Source: Aplysia californica (taxonomy: Eukaryota). From it: 63,985 bases of DNA. Below are positions 26,516 through 40,749 of this stretch, piece after piece. The notes below the pieces were generated by a model. The model had not been told where the DNA came from. It saw only the letters and a list, made by a program, of their open reading frames with translations, and made no database searches. A program made the translations under genes and the position numbers. Position 1 is the first letter of the stretch. Every line of letters begins with the position of its first letter. Location: positions 2,674,087 through 2,738,071 of the forward strand of contig NW_004797286.1 of NCBI RefSeq assembly GCF_000002075.1, read 5' to 3'.

Positions 26516-28339
26516 GCTCCCCTGTGACTTCTGGTTTTTTCCTACTTTGATAGATAAGCTTAACGGACGAACGTTTGAACACATTCAGAAATCTGGCAAA
26601 AGCTGTAAAAATTTTTTTAGCTGCGAAGCATAGTAGGTAGAAGGTGACTACCTCTGTGTCTTCCGGACGATTTTGTGGAGGTTGGAAATTGTGCTCATTA
26701 ATTCGGAGATAATATTGAAAAGGACTGGAAATTTCAAGTCCATAGCATTAAAAGACTTCAGGATATTCGCAACTTACTCTTGTATCCACTCTCGTATGTA
26801 CGTTAGGCAATGGGTGGTGCAGGTAATGTAATCTATTATAGTAATTATTTCACATGTCCAAGCTTTCGTTTTTTCCTCCCTCCTNNNNNNNNNNNNNNNN
26901 NNNNNNNNNNNNNNNNNNNNNNNNNNNNNNNNNNNNNNNNNNNNNNNNNNNNNNNNNNNNNNNNNNNNNNNNNNNNNNNNNNNNNNNNNNNNNNNNNNNN
27001 NNNNNNNNNNNNNNNNNNNNNNNNNNNNNNNNNNNNNNNNNNNNNNNNNNNNNNNNNNNNNNNNNNNNNNNNNNNNNNNNNNNNNNNNNNNNNNNNNNNN
27101 NNNNNNNNNNNNNNNNNNNNNNNNNNNNNCTTTCTCCTTTGAGAAAGAAAAATGGAGAGAAAGAAAATGAAAAATTATGCTACCAAAAACCTTTTAAAAG
27201 CTTGTTATTGTAAAAAAAAATCCCACGTTTTTCGCACCTTGTAATACATTTTGTATAATAATCGAAGTAGGCGTCCTTTCACCTTTCTGTGTGTTATTCC
27301 ATTTATTCACAAAGTAATATCTTTTTAGTCCATGTACCGAAGACAACAAATACTTTTAACGAGGTTTTAAGCTTAAGTATTACTATACACGATATTGAAT
27401 TTCTTCATAAGGATTCGTATTTCCATTTCATGACGATGGAAGTTTACATCAGAAAAGCAACGTTTAAGACACCGAGCATAATCATACATTAGGATTATGT
27501 TTCAAATTTATTAGATAATGCTGACGATCGCCCATCGGTTCGGCTGTCTTAAAAGCTTACATTGGTTAAAGACAAGCAGACTGAACTAGCTATTCAAGCT
27601 CTTTGAAAATATGCCCACGCATACATTTCACAACTTGACTAACGTTTACTCATTTGTTAGAAGATTCAGGCTCTTTGAAATTTCACAACCAGTGTATATG
27701 CTTGCAGGCTTACGTTTTCTCTTACTTATTCTTTTAATTCACAGTAAACCTGTATATTGTGTGCCATTATAGCAGTCTTTTCGGATTTTCTTAAAACAAT
27801 CACAGAAGACGTTTTCTTTAAATTCATACCAACAACACAGCTAGAAAAAGATTCTTTTGTTCAAAACATTCCTCCTTTTGTAATTTTGAGTTTTATTCTA
27901 CCTTAATAACATATTGTTAAATTTATCAACATGGTTGTTGTTGCATCATCCTTACCGCCATAATTATCATCACAACCAACAAGATTTTGGTTACTTTTTA
28001 TAAATGTGCTTCTTNNNNNNNNNNNNNNNNNNNNNNNNNNNNNNNNNNNNNNNNNNNNNNNNNNNNNNNNNNNNNNNNNNNNNNNNNNNNNNNNNNNNNN
28101 NNNNNNNNNNNNNNNNNNNNNNNNNNNNNNNNNNNNNNNNNNNNNNNNNNNNNNNNNNNNNNNNNNNNNNNNNNNNNNNNNNNNNNNNNNNNNNNNNNNN
28201 NNNNNNNNNNNNNNNNNNNNNNNNNNNNNNNNNNNNNNNNNNNNNNNNNNNNNNNNNNNNNNNNNNNNNNNNNNNNNNNNNNNNNNNNNNNNNNNNNNNN
28301 NNNNNNNNNNNNNNNNNNNNNCATTGTAGACTGCAAATT

Positions 28340-28375
28340 GATAATCGTAATTATAATTATAATTATTACAATTGA

Positions 28376-28416
<41 letters not shown>

Positions 28417-28844
28417 ACATCATTATTGGTGTAATTGTTGGTGCTCTTGTTGTTGCTGTAGCTGTTGTTGTTGTGTTGCTTTTTGTTGTTGTTGCTGTTA
28501 TTATTATTACCATTACTTTTGTTATCCTTACGTTTTTAAAACCAATTTATTTGAAAATCTATTCTTTCTCCCATTGCAGCCCTTGCTAATATCATTTTTT
28601 TTAATTTAAAAAATCGGCTTATTCATTCATTCATCTTTGTGAATTGTGTTTAGACTTTTAATGTGAAGTATTCCTTGTTGTCCGTGGTTTGTGCAGGTCT
28701 CATGTCCAAAATAGATCAGATAAGTACTCATTGTTGAGAAAACTCGATAACGTCACGGTGACGAGGTAATCCCAACTTTTATTTCATGGCGTTTGCATTC
28801 GCACATCATTACCAGCACCACCACCATCATCACCATTGTCGTCG

Positions 28845-28882
<38 letters not shown>

Positions 28883-28894
28883 TTCATCATCATC

Positions 28895-28925
<31 letters not shown>
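28340..28925. repeat. Trinucleotide low-complexity tracts (ATT/GTT, then CAT)
   Basis: Direct; two tracts at ~28340-28520 and ~28805-28925. Confidence 0.9.
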
Positions 28926-30287
28926 GTTTTGCTGTCTTTGTTGTAGACGTCATCATTATTGCTAGGGACGTCGAACATAAAACAGTAAGCAATATCATAA
29001 GAATTCGCTTAAATGCCATGTGGTATGGGTTGTTGTTTAGTTAATGTAAATATCATGAAACCCTTGATCTTCTATACGCTACTACACTTCTTTTTTTTAT
29101 ACGAATTACAATTTATGAGTGCATAAAGCTGCTTTTTGTATGCCTTTAAATGGTTGTCGGTATGTGCAATATGGTTGGAAAGTCCTTGAGCGTATACATG
29201 TGTTTGCATAAATGATTGAACCGGAGATTCTTCGGCAGTGTTTCCGATCCCTAATATGAAGGACTAGGGTGGAAGCAATTAAGAAGATTTTAAATGTATG
29301 GTTGTCCTCCCCCCTCTCCTTTAGATATATCTCATTTTAAGTTGTAATTGAATTTTTATTTGAAACGTTTGCATAATTATGTCTTTATCTACTTTGATTT
29401 TTCCTGTTTTTATTTTCTGTCGTCAACAGATGTAATTACAATGTATTTTCAATAGAAACGGTACCTTAAATACATAAGACTGTTTTGTTGTGTTTTCATT
29501 TCTTTCTTCCTTCTTTTACTCTTGGAGCCAAGGGCTATGTCCCTTAAACAATCCATCTGTAGATATAGCTAGCAAATCGATAAATTTACACTTAGAATTA
29601 AAAGAAACAAAATGATTCCTTTTAGACATAATACTGTTATATAACTAAAGTAGTTGGGAGCAAAAGCTGGCACAAGAAGTAGGCGTTGGTTCCCTTGGTG
29701 TACATAAAGAATTCAGAATTCAAATTTAACAGTATTTTCTAGAGTCCCTTGATGTTGATGCAAGCATTAAAAAGCAAAACCTGAAGCGTTTCAAGTGTCA
29801 AAATACTAACCATAGGGGAGATTCTACGACACGATACCGATGCCTTTTTACTTGTTTATTTTTTTAAATGGTTGGCATCACTATTTTGTGATCTCCAGAG
29901 TCATGAAACGGATTATTGTAGTTTTGAGACATTGCCTTTCTCCCTGAAGCCTGAATCATGATCAAGGCTATATTAAAAAGAATATTCTTTGAGCTTTTTG
30001 TGCGGGTTAATCGCCTTGGCAACACGATGTGAAGCGAGCATTGAGGATGAAATTTTAGATGTAACGGTACCAGCATTTCTACTGGGTTAGACCAAAGATC
30101 CTACACTACAAGATGGTTCACGCCTCTGTTTGAGCAACAACATAAAAAGGTGTCCTTAAATCCCTGTGAAACTTTTTTTGGCTGGATGAACGCTCTTGTT
30201 AGTAGAGGGTCTTTGGACCTTACCCATACAATGATCAAGGGTCTGACAGACTCCAAAATTGCTTTTGTCTTACGTTACACGGATGGA

Positions 30288-30395
30288 GTTAAGGTAAGGT
30301 TTAAGTTAGGGTTTGAGGTAGGTTCAGGGTTAAGGATTAGTTTCAGGTTTAGGGTTAGAGTACCAGTTAGGGTTAGGGTTAGGGTTAAGGTTAGG
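30288..30395 (+). repeat. Degenerate (TTAGGG)n-like interstitial array
   Basis: About 18 imperfect hexamers, three or four of them perfect. Confidence 0.8.
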
Positions 30396-33300
30396 AATTA
30401 CATTATAGTGCAGTCAAAAATTCGTGGCGCAATTTATCGTCAAATATTTCCTCAACTATAGAGCACAGACTCTCCTGCTTTTGCACTATGACTTGTATTA
30501 ATTTGTCTTAACAGATCAATGTTTTTATAAACCCCTGTTAGCTGGATTCTTGAAAATTCCTTAATTGATAATAATTAAAAATCCAAGTGAGTGGTTTCTA
30601 TTGATTATAAAGTTTTACAGTTGGGGAATATCGCTTGCTCGTAAAAGCGAGTCCGTCATATTTGTTTTCCTAATCGCAACATTATTGAACGTAAGTTTTG
30701 AGTGTCCTTAGTGCAAACAAAATGCTCACCATAAAACTAATTTCTCGTAACAAGTTTTGCCACTAAAAAGTGTCATTGATAGGCTGTGACGTTAGACATA
30801 ATTATGCGTATGCAGAATGTGTATGAGAAGCGGAAAGTGCTGTGAACATTCTCATCTTACGGGTGACGGTGATTTATAATAATTATTTTATATAAATTTA
30901 AGAAGAGAAGTTTTTTAATCAAGCCTCATTTGTTGAGGAAAGATATGATTAAGTTAAAGCAAATTGATTCAAAGTGCTGTGCAAAGTATGGGTGACATTG
31001 ATTCAGCCGTCAAATAGATATTTGAGGATAAGCTGCACCAAGAATTTTTGACCGCACTATAAGGTTAGATTTATGGTTAAGGTCAGGGTGTTGGTCTATC
31101 AGATTCAGTTTTCGGGCCTTCATGCTCCCAAAATTTGGAGTTAATTTCATTATTTTATCACAATATCAGATAGCCAATCGCTCCTAATTGTAACTCTACA
31201 ACGTACTTTTGTTTGCTCCTAAATGGAAGTCACAGATCAAAGAACATAGATCGGTGTTGGCTACTCCGGAATAGAGCCGATGGGAACGACGAATTATACT
31301 ATGTCGTAGTGCTGTGATTAAGCTCCTTGCCGGCGCACGCAGAACAGGCGTGGAAAAGTCCTTTATCGAATATCTTCATCAGTCTGCGGAGATCAAGACG
31401 CATTCCTCAGCCATGGTTAGCCCGATTCCTAAACGAAATAGATTTTGTTGATTTGCATTATTATATATTTAGATTACAGTAACAAGATTCAAGCTGTTTT
31501 TAATTGAGAATTTTGAGGAGTCTTCCCCGCAGTACGCTCCGAGTGGACAGGTAGGTACACACAAGAGCTGGAAGGAACGTATGTAATGGAACAAAAGGTT
31601 CCAACCTTGGGCTAAAAAGGTTTTTGTGATATGATTTTATGGATGACATTTCCGAAAAAAGGGGGTGGGGTAGAGTTGCCTCCCTTGAAGTTGGAATACA
31701 ATGAATTAAGGTTACTCGGTACTCCCAGCATCAATATCTGTTCTGAAGTTACTCTGGAGCAAACTTTCTGGCATAATAAGGAGGGGAGGGGGGAGGTTTG
31801 GGGATAGAGATTTTACGTTCGATATTGCGCCATAAAATACTTTATGGTGGTATTGACATCACACGAACGCATTAGCGCTTCAGACAGTCTAGTGTTTTAT
31901 AACTCTCCGGGGATATATGTGACGCAATTACAGGCAAACTGAACTAAGCCAAAAAAAAGTTTAAATTTTCTTGGAAAAACAATTTTCAGATTGTGATGTT
32001 CTCAATTAGCGAAAGTATGTGAGAGATTCTGTTGTTCTGTGTGGGTAATGTGACATCTAACACGCTGCACTGAGCTGCATCTAAATCCCGCGCGAGGCAA
32101 TAGTGACGGCATGAGATCAATGATCCTGTCACATGGAGTCCAGCCGTCAATCCATAATCATTTTGGTGCATATTGGAGGTAATGAAGGTATTTTTGTCGA
32201 TTAGTTGTGCAGCAGAAGAGGCTGACCTAAGCCACCGGTCCCGCCTGCAAGCGTCCTGTCTGGTGCCGCAAAGCTAATTTGATCACTTTTGATTATCGGG
32301 TCAAGAACCATATCTGAGCTCCCTCAGGTTTATTATTGGTCTTGCTATAATTCAAGAAGTATTTACATGTAGGACAGCCAGGAAGCTGTTTCCTAACAAA
32401 AGCCCTGTGAAATGGCACGCATACTTGGCGACAGAATCTCCGTATTATTTATTCGTTGTCACACAAATGAAAATACCGCAGTACATATTTAAGTTGATTT
32501 CTTTTTTCTTTAACGCGGTCGCTAAAACAGTACATAGATCTAATTATTCTATGAAACTTCTGAGACTCACATTTTTTCATTGTTCTAAGATACTGATTTT
32601 GTACTGTAGGGCCACGTTCGTCATCCCTATCTGACTACAATCGAAATTGTCCAAGACGGGTACCCATTGTCGTCACAAAAAGTAGTTGCCTTGGACACGT
32701 GGACGTCTGGACAGTGTCATTATGATATTTCAAAAATGAAAGGAGGAAAAAGCGATCTTCACAGATGATTGACTTAGACGGGTGGTCGTTAGGGCAGGTG
32801 CGAATGTACTTTTCTTTTAAACTAGTGAATATTAAAATATATTTGAACTCTAGGTTAGAGTATCTGCACTGTGAAGTGTTGGTCTTCTATGTTAAGCTGT
32901 TCCCGCCAGTCGATGTCATACCGACGCTCTTGTACTCGGTGTTAGCACACAGACAAGCTCTACGTGTTTGTACGAGGGGAACAGAAGTTACTTTTATCCA
33001 CGGTCTCAAAGAATCATAATAATATTGTTCTCTCAACCGAGTACGAGAAAACTCGCAGCTCCAAAATGTATAACAATATTATAGTACGCCTTGGTCATTT
33101 TAAGGAGACAAAAATAATATGAATTTTATTGCATTCGTCAGCGTGCAAAAAGACATTTATGTTTAGGCATTAATACTCACAAATAGGTGTTGTTGTTGTT
33201 TTTTCAATCGGGATGCATGGTTCTGAGTAAAAGGATAGAATAAGGAAAATTAAGTCTTTGGTGTGGGTGTAATTATTCTAAATGAGTACGGTAAAGAAGA

Positions 33301-33584
33301 GATTCAGCAACATCAACGACAACAACTAGGAGCGATAAAAGAGAATAAAAAAAAGTAAAAATGTGATATTTCTGAAGGGGGCTTCCTTTTAATTTCACCC
33401 TATACCTTCCGCCAAACCAATCGATCTAATCCACCTGAAAGGAAAAATGAAACTTCATAAATTTGGAAAGGGAAAAGAAAGTAGCTCCAAATCCTTTATC
33501 TTCAACTGTTCACGGACACAATTAATGGCCGACCAAGCAGCTGGAAATCGTACATTTAATGTTTTTTCTTTATTTATCCCTGAC

Positions 33585-33790
33585 ATAAAACCCTTCAGCA
33601 CCTTGCAATCACTAGATAAATAGATGGCAACAAAAGGCAGGGAACGAAAACAACTTAGAGAACTTGAACTGATGGATGACCAGGACGATACACTTTTAGA
33701 AGGCATTCGTGCAGAGAAAGAGTGGCAAACTTTGATAAACGATGTCTGTTTCAGACCTGGCACTCCACGATGACGATAATAATGATGATG
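33585..33790 (+). mobile_element. RTE-type LINE 3' fragment
   Basis: TLQHLAITR*IDG...IRAEKEWQTLINDVCFRPGTPR* followed by a (TGA/TAA)n tail, like RTE ORF ends. Confidence 0.6.
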
Positions 33791-34069
33791 CACTTGCCAG
33801 TATCACTTAGTCATATTGGATTTAACTTGGCTATAATCCGGCTGGGGGTTTTTCTGGGTTTTTTTTTGTGTGTGTGTGTTGTTGTTGTGTTGTTGTTTTT
33901 TTTTGGGGGGATACACTTTCCAATGCACTCAAACTCGAAGATTTTAGTAACAGTGCTTTATAATCTATTGAAACGTGATTCTGAGGTTACACTGCAGGTT
34001 CACAGACAAAAGGGTAAGTTAAGAAATGACGTTTAGGCCAACACGCTAAATAAACATTTTTCGTAATAA

Positions 34070-35415
34070 CAGGTCTAACCTACTTGGTTATGTGTAAACG
34101 TTATTAGTCTTTGGGATTAGAGGACTCTCTTAAACGAAAGCCTTCGTCTTGCACTAGGAGCTTTCAACACATCTCCAGTTGAGAGCCTCGGAGTCGGGGC
34201 CAACATTCCATCCCTCAAAAATTGCAACAAATAAAAAAACAAAACACTTTCATTACATTACGCGGCCAAACAAAGCTCCATGCAAGAAAACCCAACCCAA
34301 GACTGTGTTTTTTCAAAGTCGTCTACGAATTAAAAAAAAAAGAAGCCAAAACAAGGACAAATGCATTAACTTTTTGGACTCAGAATCCTAGCCTACCATG
34401 AAATATACAATTTTCAGAAAAAGATGCAACACATTTTTTCCGCGACCTCCATCCGTGGCTATTCACCAAGGTAGAAATAAACAGACCTGACAAGCCACAA
34501 TAAATCATGCACGTACATTAAAACATTTGAAAATGCGTTCAAAAACGTATCTAATAATACTACGAGGCAGAGAAAATCTTCACGGGCAGCTCTAAATCGT
34601 ACTCAGCTGTCGGGATGCAGCGCAATCCATAAACAACACTCAATAGACAAGGCTTCATCTTGAGGCCTCAATTTTTAGTTTTCAGAGGCCACTGCCACTA
34701 GACTTCCAGGACATTGGACTCAGTAGAAAATGTGCCCAGTGTCTTTTCTTATTTGTTGGATTCCTTGAGGTGGTCACTTCACTCACCAATTTCATTTTCA
34801 AATCCTGCTATCGTCACCCTTCAGTTGAGGATTCGCTCCTTGGCTGAACGGCTGAAAGCAAAACATTGTGTTTTCATGTCTACCTAGATAGGCATCCGGG
34901 GGCATGAGCAGGTCGGTCTTTTGGCAAAGGAATCCTGGACACTCATGCTGGAAACAATTGAGAAGAAACACCTTCTCGCAGACGAACTTCAAAAGCAAAA
35001 CAAAAACCTTCACCTGACCTGTGAGAGGAACATGGGAGCCAACAAATAAACTATAATCTACTCTGTTGGGCCCAAGCTGGGCCCATCCAAAAAAAAAAAA
35101 TCAGGTCTCTCTAGACTAGAATAGAAGAAGTTATTTTAAAGAAACATATTCGACATAAGCGTACTTCCTTGACACATAAATACCTCTTGCGGAGAGGTGA
35201 AAAAAAACCCACTTTTGTTTCAGATGCGATGCCAACCTAGCGATCTTGCACAACCTAATACTAATACAGTTCTTTGAAGAGACTCCAAAAGAAATGTTCT
35301 AAATGCACTCATTTGAAGAATTTGTTCTCCCTGGTTGATCCGTACATGAAAACTGCCAACGTGAGTCCAGGCTGCTCATATGACCTTATGCAAAGCGTTG
35401 TAAAACTCTTACCAA
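34070..35415 (+). mobile_element. Decayed I/Nimb-clade LINE: RT C-terminal region, RNase H, CCHC-like finger, 3' tail
   Basis: Frameshifted peptides LRLALGAFNTSPVESL (~34140), KIFTGSSK (~34573), NPAIVTLQLRIRSLA and GIRGHEQVGLLAKE (~34800-34935), SLTHKYLL and CFRCDANLAILHNLI (~35165-35260), followed by the CTCATATGACCTTATGCA...GTAAAACTCTTAC tail. Confidence 0.8.
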
Positions 35416-37242
35416 CCTGAAACTGGAACCTTAAAAAAAATATTCCAATGCTTTGAATTGATTACAATGATTACAAAGGTATGCATGCATAGCAATGAGA
35501 TAATCAATCACGAAAAGAAAAAACAAGTCAAGAATGGAAGCAAAATAAATATAATTAATTTAAAAAAATAGAAGGGGCGGGGGAGGGGGGCGGGGGAGGG
35601 AGAAAGGAAGAAAGAATGTGATAAGCTATCTTTCTTACGGCTGATGCTGTTGTTACAGTTCATAGAAAATTGGAAAAGAACATATTATTGAGACCGCCCG
35701 CCCTCCCCCCGCAAAAAAACAAAAAAATGTTAATTAAAAAAAATTAAAATAAATTAAAAATTAAAAAAACAACAACAAAAACACATACCAAAAAAATCAA
35801 AAATATAAAAGGAAAAAAACAACAACAAACCAAATCAAACAAACACCCCCCCCCCCCCCTCCCCCCAATAACCCAAAAATCGAACATGTGTGAGAAAATC
35901 CACTTCACTTCGATCGTCGCTCAACGACACAGGCGACCTGGAAGAACTATAAAAAACGATGGTGAAAGGAAACGAGCAAGCAATTCATTAATGCATATCC
36001 GTCCGGAGACAAAAATGTATGTGGTGGGCGAAGCGTAAGAAGATTAATTCTCGTGAAGCGGTAAGCTGGAGTTTTTATTCTACATGCTTTCCATTAATAT
36101 TAACCACCCAACTGTTGAACGTCTGGGCGTAAGACAAAACAGTCTGCCTGAAAAAGACTGTACGGTACGTGAAAAATGACAATTAATTATACATTTTGTC
36201 ACTTTTTAAACATTTTTGTTACTTCCCCTATCTGCGCTACAAAATGCTGGAGAAAGTGAAAAGAACAAGTCATGTAGCTTAATCTCTGGGAAATGCAAAC
36301 TGCTGTAGATCGGTAGGCCTACTTTTATGGCTAATAATTCTCTTCAACCACTCAATGAAATTCAGTCGGCCAAATAAAGCAGTGAAATGACATCATTCTG
36401 ACATCAGCACTATTTTTCAAGGGACACAAAAAGGAAAACATCAATTGATATTACATTTTTTGAATGTTTACTTCCCTTGATCGAGGGTAAATTGGAAAGT
36501 TGGAAATAATGCAGACGCCCACAACGAAATTTACTATAGATTCTATCAGTCATATCTGATTGAGGACAAACTGCGATTGCTTGATTCGAATAACTTCTCG
36601 TTGGAGCTCCCAAGTGAAATCAAACACTGTCTACAGGTTACGGACTTTTTTATTATTATTTTTAAAAAAATTAACAGATGCTAAAAATTGAGCTCGATAA
36701 TTATGAGAATTCTTAGAACGAGATGTATTATGATATTAGCAGTGCGTTATGGCCGACTAATTACTTTGAGTTACTTTACCTTCTGAATGAAGTTGGTCTG
36801 GTTAACTCTTTCCCTGCAAAATTGATTTCCACGGTTGAGCAAATCAGTGTGTTGCAAATGCTACGGATTGAAGGGAATGTTAGGAGAGACAGGTTACCAG
36901 ACTCGTTTTACCTCATAATTAAAAATACAAAAACTAACTATCGAATGGGTCGCCACTTTTTGAAAGAAAATGGGTCTAATTTACAGGGGAGATAACGGAA
37001 GGGGTTGGGAGGGGGGGGGGGATAATTCCAGGCACTCGCCTCAAGTGGAGGGTTCCAAGGTGGGAGGGGGGGGGGGATAATTATAGCCAACCAGATGGGC
37101 ACGCAAAGAGTTAAAACGTCATCGCTACATCCCCTCCCCCACCTCCACCCTCTGGCAAAACTGACCTATTTTCTTTCACAAGGTGGCAACCTATTCGATG
37201 GTTTTTCTACTTTTAATTACCAGTTCAGAAAATGTCGATAGC

Positions 37243-38027
37243 ATGAAATATCAAATAGCAGCTACAATCAACATGGTGGACTCAAACATCCTGATGGGGG
37301 CTCTCGTGGCATAGAGGTTACGGGGTTGGCCTCTCATTCAAAGGTCCCGGGTTCGAATCCGGGTAGTGACCGAGAAATTTTCTTCTCTAAATTTGTCTCT
37401 TTTCACCTCCAATATTTCGTCGTCTGCTTTCGTCTCCTCTTTCTGCCTCCACTCCCTCATCTCCTTTGCCCCCCTCCTCTGGGATCCTGATTCTTTCTAC
37501 AGCCTTTTTACTGCTACTCCTTGGCTTCTTCTTACTGCTGTCTTTCAGCCACATCCATAATCTTCCAGTAGGAAAGATGTACATCTAGCCTTCTCGGACA
37601 AGGGCGAAAAATCTCGAATTGCCCGAGTGCAAATTGCGCACGTTAAAGATCCCTTGGTGGTCTAAAATCGATAAGAGTAGGCTTCGGCCGCCACCCGGAA
37701 AAATTCAAAATTTCCTACCACCTGAAAAAGTTTAATGTGTCCCACGAGCTCATATGACCTTATGCAGTTGCGAGCACCGTAAAACACTTACAAAAACAAA
37801 ACAACAAGACATCCTGAGGCGCCCTCGGGAGGAATTCTCAGGCCGGCTTGATGTTGCACGCGTTGCCAGTGGTGGCTACATTGAGCACTTGTAAAACATG
37901 GAATGAATACTTGAAGGTATATATTATGCAACACATGTATCCAAGCTGGTGGTTCTAATGTTTTTCGTTTTTTAAATAATAATAATATGGCGTGATGATT
38001 TTGTTGTATTCTTTTTTAATCACCCTG
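37243..38027 (+). mobile_element. Tc1/mariner 3' remnant interrupted by a SINE
   Basis: Removing the SINE restores MKYQIAATINMVDSNILRRPREEFSGRLDVARVASGGYIEHL*; right TIR ATCACCCTG-TA at ~38019-38029. Confidence 0.8.
37296..37807 (+). mobile_element. SINE family B, full length
   Basis: Colinear with 8948-9458; 9-bp TSD ACATCCTGA at 37286-37294 and 37809-37817. Confidence 0.92.
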
Positions 38028-38191
38028 TATAACGTAAGCCCTAAAACAAATAACTATAAACTCCTGTCTTTTAGCAATGCATATGTAATTGAAAAATAGA
38101 TGATGAAAAAAAAATCCATCACTTCTTTAATGTACATCATATGATTACGTCGTGTTGTTTAATATGAAGAGCTTCTTAGTCATTGAATTAA

Positions 38192-38925
38192 GGGGGGGGG
38201 GGGGGGGGGGCTACACCTGGAGGCTATCTCGCTTATTACTGGACCAAATTTTACCAAATTTCACACATATAACAAGCATAGTAAGGAATCTTAAAATCCA
38301 CAATCAAATTTGAGAAAAAAGTTTCGTTTCCATGGATACGCCGCCATATTGGATTTTATTGACATGTCTTACGTAATGAATACCACACTTATCGCTCATG
38401 GAAATTTATTGTTGTTTTTTTGCATGCGTGTTCACAAACATTAGATCTAAAAATTTGTCTGTTGTTTTTTTCCTAATCGAATAAAAAAAAATTTTATGAA
38501 TTTTTTCCTGAGGTAGCATTCAAGTTTGCGCAAAATCCATGAAAATCCACACTCCAGACACCACCAACAAAAATCTATTCCATATATCAAAAATTCAACA
38601 GAAAAATTTTTAGTGTTACCTCTTCTCTTCATTCTGTGAAAATTTCATGAATATTGGATGAAAAATGGTGGAGTTATTCAAAAAAGTATAGAGAAAAGTC
38701 GCATTTTGAGAAAACGGCCGATAAAGAAAAGTAAAATACTGACTTTATGAGGAAATGGCGGTTACAAACATGCCCGGTATGGGAAAAAATACGGTTTTTG
38801 GGGGTTCGTATGCCATGAAATAGTTGTAGGAGAGGCTGAAGAAGCTAAAAATGCCTACAACTCAAATTCCATGATTTTGAGCCGAATTTTGATTTTGGGG
38901 GTGTAGCCCCCCCCCCCCCCCCCCT
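38192..38925. mobile_element. Non-autonomous Kolobok-like DNA transposon
   Basis: TTAA on both sides; TIR G19-CTACACC / GGTGTAG-C18. Confidence 0.75.
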
Positions 38926-40749
38926 TTAAAGAAACTTGTGTCTCTGTTAAAGCATAATCGTATACATGTGGGGTACACGATTATAACATTATGNNNNNNN
39001 NNNNNNNNNNNNNNNNNNNNNNNNNNNNNNNNNNNNNNNNNNNNNNNNNNNNNNNNNNNNNNNNNNNNNNNNNNNNNNNNNNNNNNNNNNNNNNNNNNNN
39101 NNNNNNNNNNNNNNNNNNNNNNNNNNNNNNNNNNNNNNCCCCCCTCTTTCTCTCGCTCTCTTAAATCAGAGTATAAGTATAATGTATAAGTCAATAGCAA
39201 TGTCATTTTTGCTTAGCTGTCTTGCAATGCTCGTCGGCTCTCTGCAAACACACGTTCATATCACTGCCACGAGAGTCTGGCAAAAGGAAGGATTTACCTT
39301 GTCTTTATGGAGTATAATTGTTGCTTCTACATACGCCACCTGCCCCTCTCCCCTGCTCTTGATTCAGCTCCAAACTGCTCATCGGATCGCCCTTTCTTCT
39401 TCTTATTCATTAGAGTAGCACTGGTGATATATTGTTTTTTTTATAGTATTTAAAATAATAATAATAATAATATATTTTTTCTACTGTAGGCTACAGACAT
39501 AAGCTACTTAATCACAAAAGCGTAAAAAAAACAACAACAACTCTGTAGCGTTGACTTCTACTGTTACCAAACCCATCCGTTTGTAGCATTCACATAACAC
39601 GTCCTCTTGAGCATTTCTGCTCAGATTGATGTTATAAAGACATATATCTAGATCTTCAATTAAGTTGGGGAGTTATACTGAGCTTAAACTGTAACGAAAA
39701 ACAGAGGCGTATCCATAACAAAACAAAAATTTAAAGGATTTTCCTGTGTAACGTCACCGAAACAACATTTTAAGTGACACAAAAGGGCAAAACAGTTCAA
39801 TGACCACGTAACGTATTATTATGATTATTGTGACCGAAGCTGAAAAATAGTAGTATTGCTCAACACATTGTCGAAATAAACATCGTGACTTTGATTCGAG
39901 CGTGATAAAGATGATATGAGGTATTAATTAGCCGTCCACGTGCTTTGATACAGTTACTTTATGCAGCATGGACACAGAAGCACCGTCGATAGGCCTACGT
40001 GACCTTAGAAATCACATTTATTTAAATATATTTGTTGTTTTTGTCTAATCTGGTATGTTAGACGCGCACGTTGTTGCACTATTTCAGGTAGGCTTTTGAT
40101 GAAACGTTTCTTTATACTCCTCCTCCCCCCCCCCCCCTTACATCAATGATCTCTGTCCCATTTTTCATTATAAAAAAAATAAAAATTCTCAAGGCGTGGA
40201 ACAAAAATCCAACCCTGTAGATCTATGCCTTGAAGCTACATGTATGAGTATGATTGAGATAAACAGAAGAATGCCAGAAAGAATGATCATTATATATATC
40301 CTGGGAGCAACCAATAGAACATATAGATACGATTAAACAAACTTATAAGAGGTGATCAGCCTCTGAATGATGGGAAAAATTAATAATTCCATAGCAAATA
40401 CGAAACTTCATAGCTTGGCCTGTTTGAGAGCAGAATTCCTGACTCCAAAAAAACAACAACAAATAAATCGATTATTAGCTCATCTTCCCTTGTCTAACAG
40501 AAAGGCAAAAGCGTCCATCCTATGTATAATATAGATGTTTCAACAGNNNNNNNNNNNNNNNNNNNNNNNNNNNNNNNNNNNNNNNNNNNNNNNNNNNNNN
40601 NNNNNNNNNNNNNNNNNNNNNNNNNNNNNNNNNNNNNNNNNNNNNNNNNNNNNNNNNNNNNNNNNNNNNNNNNNNNNNNNNNNNNNNNNNNNNNNNAATA
40701 CCATAAAGAACGATGGTAGCCTAGACACTTTTCAATTTCTCAAAAATGA

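Noticed and set aside
30288-30395. Telomere or chromosome fusion site
   Set aside because: Short and degenerate; such arrays are commonly TE-internal.
32100-32200. VHIGGN esterase-like LINE ORF1 motif
   Set aside because: A single short motif with no supporting context.
36806-37110. piggyBac-like MITE (TTAA-CTCTTT...AAAGAG-TTAA)
   Set aside because: A 6-bp TIR is too short to exclude chance.
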